DNA of 19,679 bases, taken from contig JAVZGN010000017.1 in NCBI GenBank assembly GCA_038872135.1, positions 2,668 through 22,346 of the forward strand, written 5' to 3'. The notes under the pieces were generated by a model. That model was not told the origin of the DNA. It saw only the letters and a list, made by a program, of their open reading frames with translations, and did not search any database. Below, in pieces: positions 1 through 7,468 of the stretch. The translations under genes were made by a program, and so were the position numbers. Source of the stretch: Candidatus Hadarchaeales archaeon (GTDB lineage Archaea > Hadarchaeota > Hadarchaeia > Hadarchaeales > Hadarchaeaceae). Numbering within the stretch: position 1 is the stretch's first letter; each line of letters begins with the position of its first letter.

Positions 1-1
1 T

Positions 2-1810
2 GAAACTCTGGTCAGTGGCGACCTGCACCTCATAGACGAGTGGGTAGGAGTTTTCATCTACTGTCTGCCAGTCCAGCATCGGAGTGTTGTTTTTGTTTTC
101 CCCAAGGGCGTCGTTGCCGAGGTTCTCTCCGTTGGCCGGATGGAGGAGCGGGAGGACAGCCGGCGGAATTGTGTCCACGCGGAACTGCCATGTCTCGGAG
201 TTGTCTGAGTTTGATCCAGTCCTTGTCATTCGCACGCGCCAGTAGTAGACTCCATCTGAAAGTTCGATGAAGTCTTGGTCGAAGTCGTAGCTTGAAGCGC
301 TCAAAACCTTTTCGACAATGTAGGGGGGAGTGAATGTAGGTTCATCGTCAACCCAGAGAGCGAAGGAGTCGGCTGGCTGGAGGTTGTCCCAGTCAAGCGT
401 CGGGGCTTTGTCGTTCAAGTTCTTCCCGTTTTCTGGGGTGAGCAGAACTGGAGCGGGGATTGGGGCGGCGATGGTGGATGTCCAGCCTTCAGCCAGCTGC
501 CACTGAGCCGTTGTCGTGATAGTGTCAGTCCAGTCCTCTCTGAGCGCCCAGCCCGTTATCGGAGCATTCACCGCCGCCGTCCAGCTCTCCACCAGAATCC
601 ATCTGCGCAGGCTCACCTTGAAGACGTAAGACCACTCGTTCTCGTTGCCCACGAAGTCCCTCGCCTTCACCCTCCAGTAGTAGGTGCCGTAGGAGGAGAA
701 GTTGAAGAGATATGTGTTTTCACTTGGCGGGCGGAGGGTGTTCTCTGTGAAAGGCGAGGTAAAGGTTGGCTCATCATCAATCTGAATCCAGTAGTTTTCA
801 ATTCCAGATTCTCCATCGCTCGCCCAATACCACTGGAAGTTGACGCTTAGAGTTTCCAGGTCGGCGTTGTTCTCAGGCTTGTACAAGGAGACGACGGTTG
901 GCGGGCGGTTGTCAACAACGAATGAAAGTACCGCGGAGTTCTCCGAGATGTTCCAGATGTTGTCTCTTGCGGAGACCTTCCAGTAGTAGGTTGTGTTGTT
1001 TGCGGTTGCCGGGATGGCAATCCAGTTGTCATCGGTTATCCATCCCGAGGTCTGGGTTGCGGCCGCTGGGAACCCTGGGTCGGTGGAGATGTATACCTGA
1101 TAGTAAATGGGCGTTGTCATCTCGGTGTTTCCGGCGTTGTCCAGCGTTACGGCGGGCCAGTCCAGGTTTGGCTGCGGGCGGACATACTGCGGGGTGGCGA
1201 TTGGAGATGGGACGGCCGGGGGCTTTGTGTCAATTCTGAAGCTCCAGTAGTATGAGGTGTAGAGCCCCTCGTTCCCTGCGTTGTCCTTTGCCTTGACCTT
1301 CCAGTAATAGGTGCCGTCAGAGAGCTCTGAGACCTCGTGGAAGTTGTCGGAGAGCCATGGGCTTGGGTTGTATCCCGGGACGAGGTCGGTGAAACTTGTG
1401 TTGCGGGAAATCATAAGCTGGTAGGTGAGGGGATAGGAGTTTTCGTCTGGAACGGTCCACTTCAACCGTGGGGTGTTGTCGTTGGTGATGGTGCCGTCTG
1501 CTGGAGAGTAGAGGTCCGGCGGGCTCGGGGCAAGGGTGTCGACTCTGAAGCTCCACGGGGCAACCCAGGCATACCATTTGTTGTTGTACCTCCTCTGGAC
1601 CCTCCAGTAGTAGGGATTGTCCGCGAGAGGAGATGTCGGCGTCCATGTGTTTTCGCTTCCAGGGATATTTTCGTTGTCGACCACAGGGTTTGTAAAGTTG
1701 ATATCTGTGGCGATCTGGATGTGGTAGTTGTCGGCGGCAACAGTTTCCCAGTAAAATGTTGGGGTTGGATTGTTTGTTGTAGAGCCGTTCGCCGGGGAGA
1801 TGAGGTTGGG
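2..1810 (-). repeat. Array of about 100-aa Fn3/Ig-like repeats (five complete, one cut by the window edge) within the giant protein
   Basis: Recurring pattern P.L.sP.NG....TP...W.....Y..Q...D..F....YYW.V....W.F.VD; approximate units 1810-1530, 1530-1225, 1225-915, 915-610, 460-170, 170-<1. Confidence 0.8.
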
Positions 1811-4800
1811 AAGGGTTGAGGCGTTTATCTTCACCCAGTCGACCTTTGGGCCGCTAGCCCCTGTCAAGTTTGCAGTGTTGGTCGAGAAGTATATCCTGTA
1901 CTGGATGTAGCGGTTGTCGGGGATGTTCTCCATCGACGTTGTTGCGGCCTCAAAATAGGTGTTTGAGGTTCCGCTGGGGCCCATCCAGTCCGTCCAGCTG
2001 ATGTTGTCTTCGCTCACCCTGAGCTGTAGCTTCACATCCGATGTCCCCCAGAAGGCTTCCTCTATCCTCACCATGTCTAGAATGACATAAGTTGTGGTGG
2101 AGTCGGAGGGGTTGCTGTCTTCAAACTTTACATGGATGTTGTCCCCATCAAGATAATTGGAAATTGGCGAGAGGCGGAATGTTCTCGTGCTGGGGGTGTT
2201 CTTCGGTATGTAGTCGTTGAGGAATTCCCAGCTGTTTGTGCTCACATTCCAAACGTAGATGTATATGTCCTCGACGACTGGGTCTCCGTAGGCATAGCCG
2301 CGGATTTTCAGGTCGTAGTTCTCGTATCCTGTACCCACGCCCGTAATTGTGTGCTGCCACCTGAGGGACTGACCAGGCGCAAGCAGTTTTATTTCTCTGA
2401 CTCGGACATAATCAAGCATCAAGCTGGTCTGTTTGATATCTGACTGCGGTTGCCTGAAGCGGACACGGACCATCCCAGTACCCAAAATATAGTTTGTACC
2501 TGTTATGTCGTAGGTGAACGTGTTGGGAGAACTTGGCGTCCCTCCGCTCAGTGTTCCAACCTGGTCCCACTGGCCAGTGAAGAAGTTCCAGAGGTAGACA
2601 TAAGCAGGTTCTGTATCCCCGCTCTCACCTGTGACATAGTACCTGACCTGAAGCTCGTAGTTGTCCTTTGAAGGGGCCGCCATGATCGTGTGCTCCACGT
2701 CGAAGTATCTTGCAAATGGATAAATGATGGCCATGTTCATATTTTCAGTATAGGTAGTGGAGGCGCCGCCTATCCAATGTTTAAGTGCAAATGTGTTGGT
2801 TCCAGCCGTCAGGTTTGCCCGTTTCAGGAAGAGTCCGGAGATGTAGGGGGCGGCCGACCTCTGTGTATCACCTGCCTCAGAGCAGTTTTCGCTGCCAATC
2901 CAGAAACCATTGAAAGCGGGTACGGTTGCTGAACCGCTTCTGTACAGGCTGGACGCCATGGCAAGGTGATATCCTGTGTTGGCGATGGTCGGGGAATAAA
3001 CAAACGCGTTGGTAGGAGTTGTTGAAGCAGTGCTCCCCCGCTCCATGTTCTCGTTCTCATAATATATCATGCCAGCCAAAGGTATGGCAACTATCCTCGC
3101 CCTCTTCGCTGTACCAGTTCCACCGCTCGTCCACCCGCCCAACCTGATGGTGTGTTGGTTGGCGTCAAGGTTTTCCACAACCATGTATGCAAATGATCTG
3201 TAATCGTTGGCCGCGGTCGTCCATAGAGCAAATGTGTCGTTTTCAACTACACCGCCGTCAATTTGTAGATTGAGATAGACCCCTCTGTTGGCAGTTCCAT
3301 GGGTTGCCTCAGAGGAGACCAAGATTAGGTAGTTATCTGGTTGTGGTGGAGTAAACGTCAGGGAGGTGATTTCACTGAATGAAGTCGTTAGACCTTTTGC
3401 AGTTTCCCTTTCGGAGTACTGTGTACCGCTTGGTAGCTTGAAGGCAACGATTTTTGCATGTCGCGCATAAGCAGTGTCCGTAGCAACGCCTGAATTGTAT
3501 GTTATCTCAGCGGTGTGCTCCGTGGCGTCAAGAGCAATTTTTTTGACCCACCCTATGTTTGTTCTTGAAGTTGTTGCCCGCTCCACGATGTATGTCTCTC
3601 CGTAAACAGTACCATCAATTGTGAATGTGGCGTAAACTTTGTTGGCTGTAGAAGATGAGCCGATTTCAACGCTTGCGATAATAAGATACTCCCCTGCAGA
3701 CGGTGTGAATGTCAGCGTGACAGCAGGAGTAGGCACATCTGATGTTATACTTTGTTCGGCTTCCACATTTTCGTAGTAAATGAGTTCAACTAAATTCTCG
3801 GAGATGTTTTCGTAGTTCAGATCTGCCGCCTTCGCATTCTCAAAGTCGATGGTTGTCCCATCATATACATTTTCTGTTGAAACATAAGAGTAGGTTATCT
3901 GTTGGCTTCCTCCCCCAGTGCTAGCCTCGCTCAGGTTCTCCACGGAGCCATCATCCGGCTGCCTGGTATTCTCATAGCTTCCCTGCCACTGCGTTCCCAC
4001 CCTGCTGCTTCCATCTTTGAGAGTATCCGGCTCTGCTCCAACATAGTCGATATCTGAAGCCGGCTGCTGTGGCTCAACAAAGCTCCACTGGAGGTTGTCC
4101 CACTCAGCAACTCCTCCAGCGTCGAAAACTCTGGAGGTAAACCGACCTTGAGTGTAGTTTTGAATCAGTCTCACATAGTTGTCGACATTCTCCGTGTTCT
4201 CATGAGTTCCTTGGGAGTAGTCTATGTCTGTGTTGTCGACAATGGAGAAGATGGAGAAACCCGGAGTGGAGGCAAGTATGCGGAGGCTTGCGGAGTCCTC
4301 CCCAGCCTCGGCCACAGGGAGGCTCTCCCACCTTGCCCCTCCAAAGTGGTAGACCTCAACCCTGCTCCCTCTCCACAGTGTTCCTTGGAGCCAATCCTTT
4401 GGAACCTCAAACTCTATCTCCGCCTCTTGAATCTCTTCGTTCAGCAGCGATGTCGAGATTTCAGCATAAGCCAGAACCCTTTTCCCCTCCAGAGCAGGAA
4501 CTCCTGCCGGCAGCGCCTCGAGCAGCTCCACCGAGACCTCAGCATCGTTTAGGTCAGCCTTCGGAGCAATCCTAACAGCTTTCACAGCCCCTTCATTAAC
4601 CTGAGCAATCCCCTTCTCCCCTGCTCTCAGCGCACCCATCCTCACCCTCTTGACCTTTTCAACACGGCTGAGAGACACATCATAGGCCTTCGGCCCTGTA
4701 GCCCCGCTGAGAGCAGGGCTTTCGCTGGAGAGGACAACGCGATATTGGAGGAAGCGTCCAACGAGAACCCTGCGGCCATCGGCGTCCTCCCACCCGCTCC

Positions 4801-6082
4801 ATCCAACCCCGTCCCTGCTCACCCTCGCCTGCACCCTAGCGGAGGAGTTGCGGATGACCGCCCTCTCAACAGCGCAGTAGTCGATGCTGAGGCTCGCAGC
4901 TTCGCCATCATACTTCACATAGACGCTCCCGCCAACTAGGTGCTTCCTCTCAAGGGTTTTTTCAACAGCTTTCCTCACATTGTCGAGAGTGCCGGCAGCC
5001 TCCCAGCCTGAGCCATCCCAGATGTAAACGGTGACCTGTCCATCCGCCGTCTGCCCAACCACCCTCAGGACAAGATTTTCAGCACCACCGGCGACATCGA
5101 TCCTGTGCTGCCACCTGAGTAGATGTCCAGCATTTCCCGGCGCAGGGTTTTCAGGGATCGCGTTTTCCTCCACAGCTGGAAGGTTCTCTTCAACCACAGC
5201 AGCGTTTTCACCGGTTGTTAGGAATTCAGTGTTTTCCTCCGTGGAAGCAAGGTTTTCCTCGGCTACAACGGCAGTTTCCCCCGCAAGATTGTCCTCAACC
5301 ACAGCGATGTTCTCTTCACTCGCCGGAAGCTCCGTGGTTTCGACAGGGGTTTGGATGTTTTCCTCGATGGTGACTGAAACTTCTTGGAACTCAGCTGGGC
5401 TTTCAGACGTCAAGTAGAGCGTCCTCCCTTCGGTCTCCCCAGCAGTCATAACAGGCTCCCCGGCGATGATTTCAGAGTTTCCGTCTATCCCGGAGAGGCT
5501 CGTGGGCGACCCAGCCGCCCTAGTCCCGATTCTTTCCATCCCGTCGACGAGCACCTCGGCCTCCTCAGCAACTCCAAAGACCAGGACCCCTGGGATTGAC
5601 GGCTCCTCTTTCTTCCAGGAGAGCTCCCACCTCACAATCCTCTCGGCGGAGATGATCTCGGAAGTGTAAGCCCCAGAAGTGTAGCCATAGATGAGCCTCA
5701 GAACCCCCCCGACATTCTCCACATTCTCAAATGTTCCAGCGGGAGGGGCGAGGGCTTCCTCAGCGGCCGCAAGAGGAACAGGAATTGGAGAAAGAATCAT
5801 GGAGAAGCAGATGAAAAGGGAAATCGCGCGGTAAAAGAAAAGGCCCCAGTCGTGGGGGGTAGCGGGAGCGGCACCCACTTCAAAGTTCAGGGCACCGCTC
5901 CCGCCGGTTGGGGGTGGAAAATCAGCTTGAGTGGGGGTCTTGGGGAGCGGCACCCCCTGCAATGTCTGGGGCACCGCTCCCCGGGGGGATGAAAAATTAG
6001 AGGAAGAGGGGGCCGGGGAATGAGCATTAGAAATAGAGCAATTCAACGGGATATCTGCCGATTGGGAACATCTATACGACAT
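2..6082 (-). CDS. Giant secreted/cell-surface protein (at least 2027 aa, 3' end outside the window): signal peptide, duplicated beta-rich module, internal PGF-pre-PGF domain, three tandem jelly-roll-like repeats, at least 6 Fn3/Ig-like repeats
   Basis: Manual translation of the minus frame shows no stop from the upstream TAG (6131-6133) to position 2. The first ATG is at 6082; the true start may be GTG 5878. Hydrophobic signal-like stretch WGLFFYRAISLFICFSMILSPIPVPLAAA|EE; ASTPGFSIFSI near 4260; repeated DGTYYWKVKAKDNAGN / YYWRV...WSFRVDT motifs at 1-1810; many N-x-S/T sequons. Confidence 0.93.
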   Translation of the reverse strand, partial: MSYRCSQSADIPLNCSISNAHSPAPSSSNFSSPRGAVPQTLQGVPLPKTPTQADFPPPTGGSGALNFEVGAAPATPHDWGLFFYRAISLFICFSMILSPIPVPLAAAEEALAPPAGTFENVENVGGVLRLIYGYTSGAYTSEIISAERIVRWELSWKKEEPSIPGVLVFGVAEEAEVLVDGMERIGTRAAGSPTSLSGIDGNSEIIAGEPVMTAGETEGRTLYLTSESPAEFQEVSVTIEENIQTPVETTELPASEENIAVVEDNLAGETAVVAEENLASTEENTEFLTTGENAAVVEENLPAVEENAIPENPAPGNAGHLLRWQHRIDVAGGAENLVLRVVGQTADGQVTVYIWDGSGWEAAGTLDNVRKAVEKTLERKHLVGGSVYVKYDGEAASLSIDYCAVERAVIRNSSARVQARVSRDGVGWSGWEDADGRRVLVGRFLQYRVVLSSESPALSGATGPKAYDVSLSRVEKVKRVRMGALRAGEKGIAQVNEGAVKAVRIAPKADLNDAEVSVELLEALPAGVPALEGKRVLAYAEISTSLLNEEIQEAEIEFEVPKDWLQGTLWRGSRVEVYHFGGARWESLPVAEAGEDSASLRILASTPGFSIFSIVDNTDIDYSQGTHENTENVDNYVRLIQNYTQGRFTSRVFDAGGVAEWDNLQWSFVEPQQPASDIDYVGAEPDTLKDGSSRVGTQWQGSYENTRQPDDGSVENLSEASTGGGSQQITYSYVSTENVYDGTTIDFENAKAADLNYENISENLVELIYYENVEAEQSITSDVPTPAVTLTFTPSAGEYLIIASVEIGSSSTANKVYATFTIDGTVYGETYIVERATTSRTNIGWVKKIALDATEHTAEITYNSGVATDTAYARHAKIVAFKLPSGTQYSERETAKGLTTSFSEITSLTFTPPQPDNYLILVSSEATHGTANRGVYLNLQIDGGVVENDTFALWTTAANDYRSFAYMVVENLDANQHTIRLGGWTSGGTGTAKRARIVAIPLAGMIYYENENMERGSTASTTPTNAFVYSPTIANTGYHLAMASSLYRSGSATVPAFNGFWIGSENCSEAGDTQRSAAPYISGLFLKRANLTAGTNTFALKHWIGGASTTYTENMNMAIIYPFARYFDVEHTIMAAPSKDNYELQVRYYVTGESGDTEPAYVYLWNFFTGQWDQVGTLSGGTPSSPNTFTYDITGTNYILGTGMVRVRFRQPQSDIKQTSLMLDYVRVREIKLLAPGQSLRWQHTITGVGTGYENYDLKIRGYAYGDPVVEDIYIYVWNVSTNSWEFLNDYIPKNTPSTRTFRLSPISNYLDGDNIHVKFEDSNPSDSTTTYVILDMVRIEEAFWGTSDVKLQLRVSEDNISWTDWMGPSGTSNTYFEAATTSMENIPDNRYIQYRIYFSTNTANLTGASGPKVDWVKINASTLPNLISPANGSTTNNPTPTFYWETVAADNYHIQIATDINFTNPVVDNENIPGSENTWTPTSPLADNPYYWRVQRRYNNKWYAWVAPWSFRVDTLAPSPPDLYSPADGTITNDNTPRLKWTVPDENSYPLTYQLMISRNTSFTDLVPGYNPSPWLSDNFHEVSELSDGTYYWKVKAKDNAGNEGLYTSYYWSFRIDTKPPAVPSPIATPQYVRPQPNLDWPAVTLDNAGNTEMTTPIYYQVYISTDPGFPAAATQTSGWITDDNWIAIPATANNTTYYWKVSARDNIWNISENSAVLSFVVDNRPPTVVSLYKPENNADLETLSVNFQWYWASDGESGIENYWIQIDDEPTFTSPFTENTLRPPSENTYLFNFSSYGTYYWRVKARDFVGNENEWSYVFKVSLRRWILVESWTAAVNAPITGWALREDWTDTITTTAQWQLAEGWTSTIAAPIPAPVLLTPENGKNLNDKAPTLDWDNLQPADSFALWVDDEPTFTPPYIVEKVLSASSYDFDQDFIELSDGVYYWRVRMTRTGSNSDNSETWQFRVDTIPPAVLPLLHPANGENLGNDALGENKNNTPMLDWQTVDENSYPLVYEVQVATDQSF
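2717..3781 (-). repeat. Three tandem diverged repeats of about 118 aa within the giant protein
   Basis: Shared elements: LTFTPSAGEYLIIAS / LTFTPPQPDNYLILVS / YSPTIANTGYHLAMAS; LDATEHTAEI / LDANQHTIRL / LTAGTNTFAL; ARHAKIVAF / AKRARIVAI / TENMNMAII. Confidence 0.75.
5852..6000 (-). repeat. Tandem duplication with a period of about 79 bp; each copy forms a 15-bp GC-rich hairpin
   Basis: Arms at 5862-5876/5890-5904 and 5942-5956/5968-5982; the core gggagcggcaccc...gggcaccgctccc recurs at offset 79. Confidence 0.88.
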
Positions 6083-6116
6083 CCCCGGACCCCCGTATAA
6101 TTCTATTTTTTGTTGG

Positions 6117-6136
6117 GTATAAATAGATTTCTATTT
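6117..6136 (-). promoter_or_regulatory. Putative TATA box of the giant gene with an overlapping palindrome
   Basis: Minus-strand TTTATAC at 6123-6117, about 35 nt upstream of ATG 6082, in an AT-rich island; palindrome aaataga-tt-tctattt at 6121-6136. Confidence 0.45.
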
Positions 6137-6313
6137 TAGTATAATTTTAATTTAACTAATGTGGGGGGGGATGTTTTCGCTTTTTTGATAATTCAGATTT
6201 TCCGAGAACGAAAGCTTCAGCGGCTGTTTCACCCAGCTTTAATTGCTTACCTATGTAGCTTCTTCTCACAGCCCCCCTCCACATTTCTCGTTGTTCAGGC
6301 GTTGTTTTCTTCC

Positions 6314-6321
6314 TTTATAAA
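6314..6321 (+). promoter_or_regulatory. Putative TATA box for the coiled-coil gene
   Basis: TTTATAAA at 6314-6321, followed by Shine-Dalgarno GGAGGTG at 6360-6366 and ATG at 6375. Confidence 0.55.
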
Positions 6322-6374
6322 CCTCCTCCTCGCAAAACTTTGGTGGAAAGGCAAAAATAGGAGGTGTGGAGAAG

Positions 6375-6911
6375 ATGGTATTGATGGACATCCTTCAGGC
6401 TTTTGGAGCGATCACTCTGCCAATAATCGTCACAGTTATTTTGAGCAACCGCCAGACTCAGAGGATAATCGAATCAAGCAACCGCCAGACCCAGAAGGTA
6501 ATCGAAACGACTACAGCACAGACCCACCAGATACTCTCGAGGATTGAATCAGTCCTCGGCGAGGTTAAAAAGGTCCAAGAAGACACAGCGTGCATGCTCG
6601 GAAAGATACAAAAGGTTCAGGAGGACACCACTTGCATGCTGAAAAAGATGCAGAAAGTCCAGGAAGACACAACATGTATGCTGAAAAGGATGCAGAGGGT
6701 CCAAGAAGACATCTCCTGCACTCTAAAGAAAGTGAGGAGAATCCAGCAGGACACAACATGTCTCCTTAGGAAGGTTGACTTGGGCCTCAGGGCAAATGCC
6801 GTCATGCACGGGTGGAGGAGAATAGATGAAATAACCCTGGAAGAGGCGAGAAAGCTTCCGGAGCCGAAGGTCTACGATGAAGAGCTGAAAATTTGCTACT
6901 TCAAACAATGA
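6375..6911 (+). CDS. Membrane-anchored coiled-coil repeat protein with 14-aa Cys-containing repeats (hypothetical)
   Basis: SD GGAGGTG 8 nt before ATG 6375 (the track uses GTG 6366); N-terminal hydrophobic helix ILQAFGAITLPIIVTVIL; 11-aa repeats, then five QKVQEDTTCMLKKM-type repeats. Confidence 0.85.
   Translation: MVLMDILQAFGAITLPIIVTVILSNRQTQRIIESSNRQTQKVIETTTAQTHQILSRIESVLGEVKKVQEDTACMLGKIQKVQEDTTCMLKKMQKVQEDTTCMLKRMQRVQEDISCTLKKVRRIQQDTTCLLRKVDLGLRANAVMHGWRRIDEITLEEARKLPEPKVYDEELKICYFKQ
6444..6509 (+). repeat. 33-bp coding tandem repeat, 2 copies (SNRQTQ.xIE)
   Basis: agcaaccgccagac at 6444 and 6477. Confidence 0.85.
6567..6776 (+). repeat. 42-bp coding tandem repeat, 5 copies
   Basis: KKVQEDTACMLGKI / QKVQEDTTCMLKKM / QKVQEDTTCMLKRM / QRVQEDISCTLKKV / RRIQQDTTCLLRKV. 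Confidence 0.92.
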
Positions 6912-6977
6912 TTTTTCGCACCGATTTCATCTCGATTTGTAGGAAAACGATGAAAATTAAAGCCCAGTTTTTCCTTC

Positions 6978-6985
6978 TTTATAAA
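6978..6985 (+). promoter_or_regulatory. Putative TATA box for the thermonuclease gene
   Basis: TTTATAAA 30 nt upstream of ATG 7016; the flanks resemble the promoter at 6314. Confidence 0.55.
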
Positions 6986-7015
6986 TTGCCTCCACCGAAA
7001 CTAGTGTTGAGAAAA

Positions 7016-7468
7016 ATGAAGAAATCCTTTGTCGTCTTAGCATTAATCCCAATGTTCCTCCCCGCCGTTTTCTTCATCCCCAGTGCACCCTCTCTTTCTT
7101 CACAATCCCCGCACATAGATAAGACGGGGACGGTCGCCCGAGTCATCGATGGCGATACAATTCAGCTGTCAACTGGAGAAAAGGTCAGGTTTGTGGGGGT
7201 AAATGCTCCAGAAATCCACCAGGAGATGGAGGAGGGTGGCCCAGAAGCTAAAAGTTTTACAGAAAATCTCTGTCCTCCAGGCACGGTGGTCTACCTCGAC
7301 ATCGACGATCTAGAGCCGAAGGACAAATACGGCAGAACCTTAGCGGTTGTCTATGTGAAGGTAGGGGTTCAGTGGATCAATGTCAACGCCGAGCTTCTCA
7401 GGAGAGGCCTGGCGGAAATCCTCTACATCCCTCCTTCAGAGTTTAATCCATACGCATGGCTCAGCTGA
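7016..7468 (+). CDS. Secreted or membrane-anchored thermonuclease (staphylococcal nuclease, SNase family)
   Basis: Motifs VARVIDGDT, VRFVGVNAPE, DKYGRTLA, VNAELLRRGLA. Starting at ATG 7016 gives the signal peptide MKKSFVVLALIPMFLPAVFF; the track's 6893 start is likely over-extended. Confidence 0.93.
   Translation: MKKSFVVLALIPMFLPAVFFIPSAPSLSSQSPHIDKTGTVARVIDGDTIQLSTGEKVRFVGVNAPEIHQEMEEGGPEAKSFTENLCPPGTVVYLDIDDLEPKDKYGRTLAVVYVKVGVQWINVNAELLRRGLAEILYIPPSEFNPYAWLS

Noticed and set aside
40-5669. Many short ORFs in the track on both strands within 1-6 kb
   Set aside because: They are shadow or alternate-frame ORFs of the continuous giant minus-strand CDS and show no recognisable motifs
5852-6000. 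Twin hairpins as a mini-CRISPR array or intrinsic terminators
   Set aside because: Only two units, the variable part lies inside each palindrome, there are no cas genes, and no U-tract directly follows the stems
6161-6547. 128-aa plus-strand ORF
   Set aside because: It spans the promoter region and overlaps, in another frame, the better-supported SD-led coiled-coil gene
6567-6776. 42-bp repeats as a CRISPR array or a diversity-generating retroelement repeat
   Set aside because: The repeats are contiguous and in frame with no spacers, variation is not adenine-specific, and there is no reverse transcriptase in the window
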